IMG/VR virus record: IMGVR_UViG_3300027757_000725
Location: 1-64,000 of that record
DNA length: 64,000 bases
Origin: a virus
Taxonomy: Duplodnaviria > Caudoviricetes
Strand: one strand, 5' to 3'
Shown here in pieces: positions 1 through 8,767 of this stretch. Numbering within the stretch: the first letter of the stretch is position 1; each line of letters opens with the position of its first letter. The notes under the pieces are model-generated. The model was given only the letters and a program-made list of their open reading frames with translations. It had not been told where the DNA came from and did not search any database. The position numbers and the translations under genes are program-made.

Positions 1-255
1 TACTTGAAGCGCACAAGCCTCATTTATGTCGCTATGTGTGAAGCACTCTCCGTTTATGGTTATGTAGTATCCACGGCATGAGACGGCAGAGAAGTTGCCT
101 GATTTAAAGTAGACAGTAGCAGACCAGCCTTGCTTGTCATCATGCACGTTAGTTTCAACGTGTGAGAAGGTAGGGAATTTACGGAAGTCAAAAGCAGTCA
201 TGCTATTGAGTGCGAGGTGATAGGCGTTGAGCGGTGGTGTAGTGTATGCTTTCAT
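1..255 (-). CDS. Hypothetical early protein, truncated by the window edge (MKAYTTPPLNAYHLALNS...)
   Basis: Manual translation: open from ATG 255 to position 1; preceded by a sigma70-like promoter. Confidence 0.7.
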   Translation of the reverse strand, partial: MKAYTTPPLNAYHLALNSMTAFDFRKFPTFSHVETNVHDDKQGWSATVYFKSGNFSAVSCRGYYITINGECFTHSDINEACALQV

Positions 256-282
256 AGTGATAGTGTTTCTTTCGTTGGTGAG

Positions 283-311
283 ATTATACGATATTTTTAG
301 TGACCTTGCAA
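283..311 (-). promoter_or_regulatory. Sigma70-type promoter TTGCAA-17-TATAAT
   Basis: Minus strand: -35 at 311-306, -10 at 288-283, 17-nt spacer. Confidence 0.7.
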
Positions 312-506
312 GATGTTTCGACACTTATTTTCAGCGTCTCGTTTTGCTTTCATGACCATCTCACGCTCACGCTTGATCTCGAACTGGCGTGTGCGCTCGG
401 CTTGTGCCTCTGCGTTGCGCGTTGCCTTGGCGAGCATATCGTTAAGCATTGCGTGAACGTCTGAAGGAACGGAGGGGAGTAGTGATGTAGTGTTTCTCTC
501 TTGCAT
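297..506 (-). CDS. Small hypothetical helical early protein (start 506 or 449 rather than 584)
   Basis: ORF track; extended -10 TGgTATAAT at 521-513 lies inside the longer ORF call. Confidence 0.55.
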   Translation of the reverse strand: MQERNTTSLLPSVPSDVHAMLNDMLAKATRNAEAQAERTRQFEIKREREMVMKAKRDAENKCRNILQGH

Positions 507-563
507 GGTTGTATTATACCACCAGAGCGAAAAAAAGAAAGCATAAACATCATTTATTTTCAT

Positions 564-590
564 TGTTCCACGGAAATGTTCCACAGGAAA
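564..590. repeat. Tandem repeat TGTTCCAC(A)GGAAA x2
   Basis: 564-576 and 577-590, seen directly. Confidence 0.8.
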
Positions 591-722
591 GCTGTTAGGG
601 AGGGGTTTTCTGAGAATTTTGGGTTTTCTGTTAGGTCGGAGAATCAGCGGGGGGTGGTCAACACTATGAACAAATTGTTTTTCGTAATATTCCCTTCGTT
701 TACCAAAAAGTGTAAACTAAAC

Positions 723-751
723 TTGATAAAACTGTAGTAACTCAATAAAAT
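723..751 (+). promoter_or_regulatory. Sigma70-type promoter TTGATA-17-TAAAAT, 5 nt before ATG 757
   Basis: Motif and spacing seen directly. Confidence 0.6.
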
Positions 752-756
752 ATAAC

Positions 757-1140
757 ATGAACAAGATTTTCTGTGTAGCCTGTGGGCATAAAAACATATA
801 TGAGATACAAAAACCAAAATTTTGCGCTGGATGCGGCAGTGGGGTTTCGGGGGATATTTCCGTTTCTTCTAAAACTGAAAAAAGTAAGGAAAGAATGGAT
901 GTTGATTTGGGTGATGCTAGTAGTGATTCTACTTCTTTTGATTTAAACAAACTTAAAGGTCAGATTGTTGCAGAGAGTTCTTCTAAGAAAATCACATTGG
1001 GTGATATTATGGGAAGTAGTTCTGGTGGTGATTCTGATGAGTTTTCGCGTGAGGCTAGTAATTTGCCTGATGGTCAAGATTTGTTAAATATGAGTAAAGA
1101 TGATTGTGGAAGCTCTAGATCTACTGATATAGATGGGTGA
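757..1140 (+). CDS. Zinc-ribbon protein
   Basis: CVAC...CAGC at the N-terminus; acidic, Ser-rich tail. Confidence 0.7.
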   Translation: MNKIFCVACGHKNIYEIQKPKFCAGCGSGVSGDISVSSKTEKSKERMDVDLGDASSDSTSFDLNKLKGQIVAESSSKKITLGDIMGSSSGGDSDEFSREASNLPDGQDLLNMSKDDCGSSRSTDIDG

Positions 1141-1816
1141 TCAGAAAGCTTACGAGGATTTGATTCCAGAAATCGAGTCTCTTTTGTCTAGATATAGAGC
1201 TAAGTGGCAGTTGAGTGCTTTAGCTTGGTTGGATTATGATGATGTTTGTCAGATAATAAGGTTACATATTCATAATAAGTGGCATTTGTGGGATCAGAAG
1301 AGGAATTTTGGACCTTGGTGCGGTACATTGATATCTAATCAGATAAAGAATTTGGTTAGGAATCATTATGGTAGTTTTGCCAAGCCTTGTTTGAGGTGTC
1401 CTCATAATGGTGGTGGTGATGAATGTACATTTACCTCTAATGGGGTTCAGAATAATACTTGTTTAGATTTTGCTAAGTGGAGTAAGAAGAAGAAGAAGGC
1501 GTATAATTTGAAATTGCCGTTATCTTTGGATCTTAGTTTAGATTCTGGTCATAATCAGGCTGATAATTGTGTTGATTACAATCATAAGGTAGAGAAGGTT
1601 CATTGTTTAGTTATGGAGAAATTAAGTGGCAAGCATAGGCGTATATATTGGATGTTATATGTAGAGCATAAGAGTGACGAAGAGGTTGCTAATGAGTTTG
1701 GTTTCAAGAAGGATACTAGTAAAAGGAAAACTCCTCGTTACAAGCAGATTAACAATTTGAAGAAAAGGTTTTATAAGATTGCGGCTGAATTACTTAAGGA
1801 TAATGATTTGATATGA
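1133..1816 (+). CDS. Phage sigma70-family sigma factor with a Cys-rich insert (probable late sigma)
   Basis: Region-2-like DYDDVCQIIRLHIHNKW..WD...F..W....ISNQIKN; region-4-like LSGKHRRIYWMLYVEHKSDEEVANEFG. Confidence 0.7.
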   Translation: MGDQKAYEDLIPEIESLLSRYRAKWQLSALAWLDYDDVCQIIRLHIHNKWHLWDQKRNFGPWCGTLISNQIKNLVRNHYGSFAKPCLRCPHNGGGDECTFTSNGVQNNTCLDFAKWSKKKKKAYNLKLPLSLDLSLDSGHNQADNCVDYNHKVEKVHCLVMEKLSGKHRRIYWMLYVEHKSDEEVANEFGFKKDTSKRKTPRYKQINNLKKRFYKIAAELLKDNDLI

Positions 1817-2874
1817 ATGATATTGTACTAGATGAAGATCAGCAGAGATTTGTGTTGGAGTTGTTTAAGACTACTCCTGACTTGAAGATTATAACTCAGA
1901 AGCTGTTTGATGATGATACTCTTGATGGTCGGTCTAAAGAGGGTCGTGCTGTCAGGTCATTTTTGGCTGAAGAGAGAAAGCAGTATAAGACTAGTGTTCA
2001 AGAGAAGGTTGGTCAGATAGATTTAACTAAGTCTCAGAAGGAATTTTTGATGAGTGATAGTATTGAGTTAGGTATGACTGCATTAGAAGCTGCTAGGCTT
2101 GTGTTTAAAGACGGTGGCATAAAGACATTAAGTTCTCAGCATAGAAGTGTGGTAGATTTTTTAAAGAATTTCAGACCAGAGGTTATAAATGAGAATGATA
2201 TGATCACTACTGAGAAGTGGGTGCCACCTAGAACTGTTACAAAAGCTTTAAGGAAGGTTAATGATTGGTGTGGTCAGGATTTGGATGAATCTGAGTTACA
2301 AAGAAAGACGAGGACATTGATTGAGCAATTAATTAATCATTTAAAAAGCCCTAGGTTCAAACATTTTATAAACCAGTATAGTACTTTGGCGGACAGGGAT
2401 TTATTTGAGAGTGAGTTTGTACGTGCTGTATGGGACAAGCCTGATTTGACTAATGATGAGTTAAATTTGTATGTTACGGTATGTACTAACTATGTCAGAC
2501 AAAAGCACATACAACAAAGAATAGATAGGCTAAACCAGCTGCTTGCAGATTCTGCTTCTGAGAGGGATGTTACCATGAGATTGACGGAACTCGTTAAAGC
2601 CACTAGCGACGAGCTGAATCAATGCGAGAAGAGAATTGAGTCATTAACCAAAGATTTGAATGGAAGCCGTCAGCAGCGCTTAAAAGCCAAAGGAGAGGAG
2701 AATGGGAGTATCTTCGCATTGGTTGAAGCTTTTGTTGAAAAGGAAGAGCGTGACAGGATGATAATGATGGCTGAACTACAGAATAAGTTAATTGAAGAAG
2801 AAGCCGATAGACTAGAAAGCATGGATGAGTATAAAGCGCGTGTATTAGGAATATCTAAACGGGAGTTGTTATGA
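1813..2874 (+). CDS. Hypothetical protein with C-terminal coiled coil; possible terminase small subunit
   Basis: Position two genes upstream of the terminase; helical sequence. Function inferred from synteny only. Confidence 0.4.
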   Translation: MNDIVLDEDQQRFVLELFKTTPDLKIITQKLFDDDTLDGRSKEGRAVRSFLAEERKQYKTSVQEKVGQIDLTKSQKEFLMSDSIELGMTALEAARLVFKDGGIKTLSSQHRSVVDFLKNFRPEVINENDMITTEKWVPPRTVTKALRKVNDWCGQDLDESELQRKTRTLIEQLINHLKSPRFKHFINQYSTLADRDLFESEFVRAVWDKPDLTNDELNLYVTVCTNYVRQKHIQQRIDRLNQLLADSASERDVTMRLTELVKATSDELNQCEKRIESLTKDLNGSRQQRLKAKGEENGSIFALVEAFVEKEERDRMIMMAELQNKLIEEEADRLESMDEYKARVLGISKRELL

Positions 2875-3824
2875 GTGATTTTAAATGTGAGGAGTGTGGT
2901 AAGGAGTTTAAGACAAGGAAGAGTTTCCATTGTCATTTAAAGGCTCATTCTTTGACTATTGGTGATTATTATGTTAAGCATTTCAATAAGAAAGATTTGT
3001 TTACTGGTGATTTGTTGTATTTTAAGTCTTATGACTTTTATTTTGATAATGATTTTAATAATTTTGATAATTATGTTAATTGGATGAGGGTTGAACCTAG
3101 GTCTAAAGTTAAAGACTACGTATTTAAAAAAGCGATACATAAATTTAAGCAAAAAAATATAACTCTTTCACCCCCGAACTTGTTTTATGATTTGTCTTTC
3201 ATGGCTAATATATATACATACAGGCAGATATGGGGATCATATGACAATTTCACAAAAGAAGCTAAAATAGAAAACATTTACAAAAAAGATTTACCTGAAG
3301 ACTTCTGGGATGCGGATGTTGATAGTATGACCATATTTGTAGACACTAGGGAGAAAAAACCTCTACAGTTCGACAAAGGAGAAACTAATAAGTTGGATTT
3401 TGGCGATTATACAGCAGCTGGAGAATATTATACAAAAACCTTTGTTGACCGCAAAGCTCAGGATGATTTCCGTCAGACGTTTGGTTCAGGTGTGGACAGA
3501 TTCCGCAGGGAAATGGATCGTTGCGTCGAATTCGGTTCTTACATGTTCGTAGTCGTAGAATCTAGTGTCGATAGACTAGAAGAGGAGAATAAGTTTTCTA
3601 AATTTAAATCTAACTTAGGTTTTGTGTGGCATAACGTCAGACAAATTATGCTAGACTACCCCAAAAACATACAATTTATATTTGCAGAAAACAGAGCTGG
3701 TACAAAAAAAATAATACCACTTATACTTCGCCAAGGAGATAAGTTATGGGGTGTAGATCTACAATACCACATAGACAAGAAAATACACGGATTAGGTCAA
3801 AGAAAAACAGCAATATCAAATTAA
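2871..3824 (+). CDS. C2H2 zinc finger plus ERCC4/XPF-family nuclease
   Basis: CEEC-x12-HLKAH; VDTREK, GDY and VDRKAQDD motifs. Confidence 0.75.
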   Translation: MSDFKCEECGKEFKTRKSFHCHLKAHSLTIGDYYVKHFNKKDLFTGDLLYFKSYDFYFDNDFNNFDNYVNWMRVEPRSKVKDYVFKKAIHKFKQKNITLSPPNLFYDLSFMANIYTYRQIWGSYDNFTKEAKIENIYKKDLPEDFWDADVDSMTIFVDTREKKPLQFDKGETNKLDFGDYTAAGEYYTKTFVDRKAQDDFRQTFGSGVDRFRREMDRCVEFGSYMFVVVESSVDRLEEENKFSKFKSNLGFVWHNVRQIMLDYPKNIQFIFAENRAGTKKIIPLILRQGDKLWGVDLQYHIDKKIHGLGQRKTAISN

Positions 3825-3825
3825 A

Positions 3826-5739
3826 ATGGCTTGGGAAAAAGGAGTACAAGATGTGAGGATGGGATACGCCTCAGAACCACTTAACGAATACCTAAAAAGT
3901 ATAGATGGTTCCATGAAGGAAGAGGACGCGCGATATTATCTATATAAATTTTTAAGAAATAATATTGCATTTACATCAGAATTGTTTTTAGGAGTCAAGC
4001 TATTCCCCTTTCAAGCTATGGCTGTCAAGGGAATGATGGTGTCTGACTATTCTATGTTCGTTTTCTCTCGAGGAATGTCTAAAACATTCTCTACTGCGGT
4101 TTATGTTTTATTAGAGTGTCTATTGAACCCAAACTCAAACATAGGAGTAATTGCAGGAACCTTCAGGCAGTCAAAGATGATATTCCAAAAAATGGAAGAC
4201 ATACTAGGCAAACCAGAAGCTAGGTTAGCAAAAGAGTGTGGCGTTAAGATAACTAAAGGAACTGACCAGTGGACTATGAAAATAGGGGGTAGTAAAGCTG
4301 TAGCATTACCGTTGGCTAACGGAGAAAGATTAAGGGGTTTTCGATTTAATAGGATAGTTCTTGACGAGTTCCTTACTATACCAGAAAAGATTTTTAATGA
4401 GGTTATTATGCCGTTTTTGGGGGTTGTAGAAAATCCTATAGAGCGTGAGGAACTATATAATCTTGAGACACGCATAATCGAAAAAGGTGAGATGGAAGAC
4501 AAGGATAGGTATGTCTGGCCTAATAACAAGTTGATAATTCTTTCATCTCCAAGCTTTAAATTCGAATATATGTATAAACTTTTCAAGAAATATGAATCAC
4601 TGATTATGGAGAAAACTATCTCTCAAGATGGGGTCGAAGATGATGATGATGATGATGAATATGGAGCAGGTTCTGGGGCTTATAGGTTAATAATGCAGTT
4701 GAGTTATGATTGTGCTCCTAAGAGACTTTATGATCAAAACCTGCTTAAACAAGCAAAGGCTACTATGAGTGAAATGCAGTTCAAAAGAGAATTTGGTGCT
4801 CAGTTCGTAGATGAGAGTGATGGTTATTTCAGATTATCAAAAATGGCTGCTTGTACGATACCTGACGGGGAAAGTCCAGCTGTAGAGGTGGTTGGCAACC
4901 CTAGTGATGAATACATACTAGCTTTTGACCCTAACTGGGCTGGTAACACAAGTGCAGACCACTTTGCTATGCATGTTTTTAAGGTGCTACAAGAAGACCA
5001 GAAGATCTGTTTAGTTCACAGTTACGCTGTGGCTGGGGTATCTTTAAGGGAGCATATGACATATTTCTTATATTTGATAACTCACTTCAACATTATTGGT
5101 ATATGCGGAGACTATAACGGAGGAGTGCAGTTTATCAACTCATGTAATGAAAGCCAGTTGTTTAAAGACAAGAACATAGACATAGGTGTCATAGAGATTG
5201 ATATAGAGAAGTCCGAAAACTACCATTCTGATATCCTTGCATTTAAAAATGAATATAATGTTAAAACAAGAAAATACTGTGTTTTAAGAAAGCCTACAGT
5301 CAACTGGATACGTAATGCAAACGAACTACTACAGGCATCTATTGATCACAAAAGAATACTATTTGGTTCTAGGGCGGTTGACTCGCATTTCGACGATCAA
5401 AGAAAAAAGAACTTACCGATTGAATCTCTCAAATGGGACATGAAAATAAATGCATCTTCCAAGGGCGCTAAAATGATTGACTTTATAGATCACCAAAAAA
5501 GTATAATAGAATTGACTAAATCAGAATGTGCTAATATTGAGGTGCTATCAAATCCCCAAGGATCTCAACAATTTAATCTACCACAAAACCTAAGAAGACA
5601 GACTGGTCCTAATAGAGCCCGAAAAGACTCTTATTCTGCATTGTTACTTGGCAACTGGTTTGGAAAGATTTACTTTGATTCTAAGCATGCTAAAGCTGAA
5701 AACAAACCCCAAGGTGGGTTTATCCCATTCACCATTTAA
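3826..5739 (+). CDS. terL: Terminase large subunit
   Basis: LFPFQ, Walker A-like SRGMSKT, LRGFRFNRIVLDEF (Walker B), nuclease-domain LAFDP and KDSYSA; upstream of the portal. Confidence 0.9.
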   Translation: MAWEKGVQDVRMGYASEPLNEYLKSIDGSMKEEDARYYLYKFLRNNIAFTSELFLGVKLFPFQAMAVKGMMVSDYSMFVFSRGMSKTFSTAVYVLLECLLNPNSNIGVIAGTFRQSKMIFQKMEDILGKPEARLAKECGVKITKGTDQWTMKIGGSKAVALPLANGERLRGFRFNRIVLDEFLTIPEKIFNEVIMPFLGVVENPIEREELYNLETRIIEKGEMEDKDRYVWPNNKLIILSSPSFKFEYMYKLFKKYESLIMEKTISQDGVEDDDDDDEYGAGSGAYRLIMQLSYDCAPKRLYDQNLLKQAKATMSEMQFKREFGAQFVDESDGYFRLSKMAACTIPDGESPAVEVVGNPSDEYILAFDPNWAGNTSADHFAMHVFKVLQEDQKICLVHSYAVAGVSLREHMTYFLYLITHFNIIGICGDYNGGVQFINSCNESQLFKDKNIDIGVIEIDIEKSENYHSDILAFKNEYNVKTRKYCVLRKPTVNWIRNANELLQASIDHKRILFGSRAVDSHFDDQRKKNLPIESLKWDMKINASSKGAKMIDFIDHQKSIIELTKSECANIEVLSNPQGSQQFNLPQNLRRQTGPNRARKDSYSALLLGNWFGKIYFDSKHAKAENKPQGGFIPFTI

Positions 5740-5774
5740 AAAAAAATTTCTAATAAGTTTTTTATTAGTTTACA

Positions 5775-5780
5775 GTGTAA
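5775..5780 (+). promoter_or_regulatory. Putative phage late promoter GTGTAA
   Basis: 8 nt before ATG 5789; motif recurs before many structural genes. Confidence 0.65.
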
Positions 5781-5788
5781 TAGAAACT

Positions 5789-6151
5789 ATGCCTCTACCT
5801 AAGCCAAACGACAAAGAGAAAAAAAGCGACTTTATTTCAAGATGTATGTCCTCTGACATAGTAAAAAAGGACTTTGACGATAGTAAGCAGATGTTGGCTG
5901 TTTGTTATAGCCAGTTTGAAGATGCAAAAAAAGAATCTAAAGCTAGTGCCGAGTTTGGTGGAGAAGAAATAATAGTCACAGAATCCAACTACAATTACAA
6001 AAAAGAAGAGAATAAAGCTGTAGACTATGATCATGAGATGACTATTCCAGAAGCAAAAATGAAAGAGCTTCATGATAAAGGAGAAACTTACATAACACAA
6101 ACCGATGGTGATCAAAAAATGATCATAAAGGTTAAATACAGTAAACAGTAA
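5789..6151 (+). CDS. Small head-module protein (MPLPKPNDKEKKSDFISRCM...); probable start 5789
   Basis: The 5648 start overlaps terL; GTGTAA motif precedes 5789. Confidence 0.7.
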   Translation: MPLPKPNDKEKKSDFISRCMSSDIVKKDFDDSKQMLAVCYSQFEDAKKESKASAEFGGEEIIVTESNYNYKKEENKAVDYDHEMTIPEAKMKELHDKGETYITQTDGDQKMIIKVKYSKQ

Positions 6152-6184
6152 AAGTCGACTTTTCAAAGTTAAAAGTTAACTTTT
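6150..6184. promoter_or_regulatory. Two related 14-bp palindromes AAAAGTCGACTTTT and AAAAGTTAACTTTT (operator-like)
   Basis: 6150-6163 and 6171-6184, centres 21 bp apart, just upstream of the portal promoter. Confidence 0.55.
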
Positions 6185-6201
6185 GAATTTTAGGTTTTCT
6201 T

Positions 6202-6210
6202 GTGTATAAT
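6202..6210 (+). promoter_or_regulatory. Putative late promoter GTGTAT (overlaps TATAAT)
   Basis: GTGTAT ends 8 nt before ATG 6216. Confidence 0.65.
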
Positions 6211-6215
6211 AGTGT

Positions 6216-8201
6216 ATGGCGAAAAGGAAATATACTAAAAAATCAGATTACTGGAATAAATTTGAAAATGAGGAATCTCAGGCTACAATGACCTCAGATT
6301 TCCAGCCGAAAATGATGGGGGAATCGATCTACGAAACTCAAGGCTCTTCGAGAAAAAGTTCAAGTTCTGATAGTAGATCTAAGTCGAGAACTAACAGCAT
6401 AGCTACAAGTAAAGTGGCTAATAAGTATGCAAACATAGACTCTGGCTTACTACCGTTCGAATACTCCGAAGATAATGTGGGAGTCACAGACGCTATTACA
6501 CTTTGCCAGAAAGCTTACTTTAATATACCTGTATTTAGGTCGACCATTGATTTAATGTCTCAATATTCGAATACTGAGGTATATTTGGAGGGTGGTTCTC
6601 AGAAGTCTAGAAAGTTCGTGGAAGCTTGGTTTAAAAGAATAAGACTTCACGATATTCAGGACCAGTTTTTCAGAGAATTCTATAGATCTGGCAATGTCTT
6701 TATGCTTAGATTAGATGGAACCTTAGATATCACAAGTGTTACTAAAATGATGGAGGTTTATGGTGCTAGTAAAAAAAATGCCAAAATACCCATAAAATAT
6801 ATAATGCTTAATCCTGCAGATATTGTTGCTAATGGGTCAATTACGTTTTCAGAATACCAATACTTTAAGGTTCTGACTCCGTTTGAGGTTGCTAGATTGA
6901 AAAAACCTACATCAGAGCATGAAAAAGAATTATATAACTCCATGCCAGAAGAAGCTAGGGTTTCTATAAAGAATAGCCCCGCTGTATCTAACTCAACTCC
7001 GATTATACCACTAGAAACTGAAAAACTTCATGTAGTATTTGCTGGCAAACAAGATTATGAGCCCATGGCTATACCTAGCGGCTTTTCTGTTCTAGATGAT
7101 CTAAATAAGAAAATGGAACTTAAAAAAATAGATCAGGCAATTGCTCGCTCTATAGAAAATGTTGTATTACTTGTAACTATGGGCGCAGAGCCTGACAAGG
7201 GCGGTGTAAATCACAAAGCTTTGTCTGCTATGCAGAATATATTTCAAAACCAAAGTGTTGGTAGAGTTCTTGTGTCGGATTATACAACAAAAGCAGAATT
7301 TGTTATCCCCGATCTTAAGAAGGTAATGGGAGCAGAGAAGTATCAAGTTCTAGACCAAGATATAAAAGACGGACTCCAGAACATCTTAATTGGAGACTCC
7401 AAGTATTCTCAGGGAGAACTAAAAATGCAGGTTTTCTTAGAAAAGCTTCAGTTGGCTAGGGATTTATTTTTAAAGGAATTTCTACAGCCAGAAATCAAAA
7501 GGTTATGTAAGGATATTGGAATGAAGAACTTTCCTAAAGCAAAGATGATTGAGGTCGGTCAGAATAAAGATGACGAAACCAAAAAAATAGCGATAAGAAT
7601 GATGGAGCTTGGGGTTATGACTCCAGAGCAAGGTATGGATCTAATAGATACTGGGGATTTTCCAAAATCGAAAGATCTTCAGGCAGCTCAAAAAACATTT
7701 AAGCAAAGTAGGGAAGATGGTCATTACCTGCCTTTAGTAAATTCAATAAACTTGTATCAACAGGATGGTGATATTAATGACAAATCAACAGATTCTAATA
7801 CAGCAGACGAAGGCAGAGATAATGTAGTTAAAAATCCATCTCCAAGTGGAGGTAGACCTGTTGGGGTTTCTAATTCCACTCACTATTCAAAAGCTAATAT
7901 CATCGAGGTTACTAAAATGGTAACAGAGTTTGAAAAAAGAGCAGTAAAAGAATTTTCTAAGAAGTTTGATATAAAGAGATTAAATAAAGACAAAAAAGAT
8001 CTTGTTTCTAGAGTTTGTGATTCGATAGTCGTAGCTAAAGAATCAGAATCTTGGGATTCGGAGCTATCAAATGTATTGGGGGACCTTGAACAAATGAACA
8101 ACTTAGAAATCAATAGTGAAGTGCTAGATTTCGGAGCAAAACATCAATTAGATGATTTAAGTGCAGCTATTTTATATCACTCTACTAAACTAATTGATTG
8201 A
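6216..8201 (+). CDS. Portal protein
   Basis: Between terminase and protease; FFREFYRSGNVF segment and C-terminal GGRP motif typical of portals. Confidence 0.8.
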   Translation: MAKRKYTKKSDYWNKFENEESQATMTSDFQPKMMGESIYETQGSSRKSSSSDSRSKSRTNSIATSKVANKYANIDSGLLPFEYSEDNVGVTDAITLCQKAYFNIPVFRSTIDLMSQYSNTEVYLEGGSQKSRKFVEAWFKRIRLHDIQDQFFREFYRSGNVFMLRLDGTLDITSVTKMMEVYGASKKNAKIPIKYIMLNPADIVANGSITFSEYQYFKVLTPFEVARLKKPTSEHEKELYNSMPEEARVSIKNSPAVSNSTPIIPLETEKLHVVFAGKQDYEPMAIPSGFSVLDDLNKKMELKKIDQAIARSIENVVLLVTMGAEPDKGGVNHKALSAMQNIFQNQSVGRVLVSDYTTKAEFVIPDLKKVMGAEKYQVLDQDIKDGLQNILIGDSKYSQGELKMQVFLEKLQLARDLFLKEFLQPEIKRLCKDIGMKNFPKAKMIEVGQNKDDETKKIAIRMMELGVMTPEQGMDLIDTGDFPKSKDLQAAQKTFKQSREDGHYLPLVNSINLYQQDGDINDKSTDSNTADEGRDNVVKNPSPSGGRPVGVSNSTHYSKANIIEVTKMVTEFEKRAVKEFSKKFDIKRLNKDKKDLVSRVCDSIVVAKESESWDSELSNVLGDLEQMNNLEINSEVLDFGAKHQLDDLSAAILYHSTKLID

Positions 8202-8738
8202 ATGGAGCCAGAGAAACCATATTGCTTTGTCCATGTTCCTAAGACGGGAGGCACTAGTGTTAGAATGCACCTGCCAAATTCAACGGGTCATAAACGGCTT
8301 TCGAGAGTAGCAGAATCAAAACTTAAAGGTAGGTTTACTTTCGCTTTTGTCAGGAACCCATTCGAAAGATTGGTAAGCGCTTATGAATATTTAAAAGGAG
8401 GTGGGAGAACCCTTGGAGAGAAAAGGCTTGGAAATGAAATTCCTGATACGTTTCCTAAATTTGTGTTTAATCTTAAACAATATATAGACAGGTCCGTACA
8501 TTTAAAACCCATGTGTTATTACTTGGATAAGGAAGTTGATTTTATTGGTCGTTATGAAAACATACAAAATGATTTTAATCATGTGTGCGAGGCTATAAAC
8601 TATCCTATAACTACTATGGTTCATATAAATGAAACAGATTATGGAGATTGGAGGGAATATTATTCAATGACTCAATTAGTTAAGATTGTCGAAAGCTATT
8701 ACAAGGATGACCTTGATCGTTTTGAATATAAATTTTAA
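8202..8738 (+). CDS. Carbohydrate sulfotransferase (Sulfotransfer_2-like)
   Basis: 5'-PSB loop FVHVPKTGGTS and 3'-PB motif FVRNPFERLVSAY. Confidence 0.9.
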   Translation: MEPEKPYCFVHVPKTGGTSVRMHLPNSTGHKRLSRVAESKLKGRFTFAFVRNPFERLVSAYEYLKGGGRTLGEKRLGNEIPDTFPKFVFNLKQYIDRSVHLKPMCYYLDKEVDFIGRYENIQNDFNHVCEAINYPITTMVHINETDYGDWREYYSMTQLVKIVESYYKDDLDRFEYKF

Positions 8739-8752
8739 TAATTAGATTTTTA

Positions 8753-8758
8753 GTGTAA
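8753..8758 (+). promoter_or_regulatory. Putative late promoter GTGTAA
   Basis: 9 nt before ATG 8768. Confidence 0.65.
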
Positions 8759-8767
8759 ATTTATTTC

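Noticed and set aside
564-590. Bona fide parS sites
   Set aside because: Only the left half matches the 16-bp palindromic consensus and no parA/parB is in the window; kept only as an unexplained repeat
4639-4656. (GAT)6 in terL, and (GGC)5 at 31177-31191, as phase-variation tracts
   Set aside because: Triplet repeats that keep frame; they encode acidic or glycine linkers
5648-5788. Upstream extensions of ORF calls (5648, 16267, 35872, 62194, 584)
   Set aside because: They overlap neighbouring genes, terminators or promoters; downstream ATGs fit the promoter motifs better
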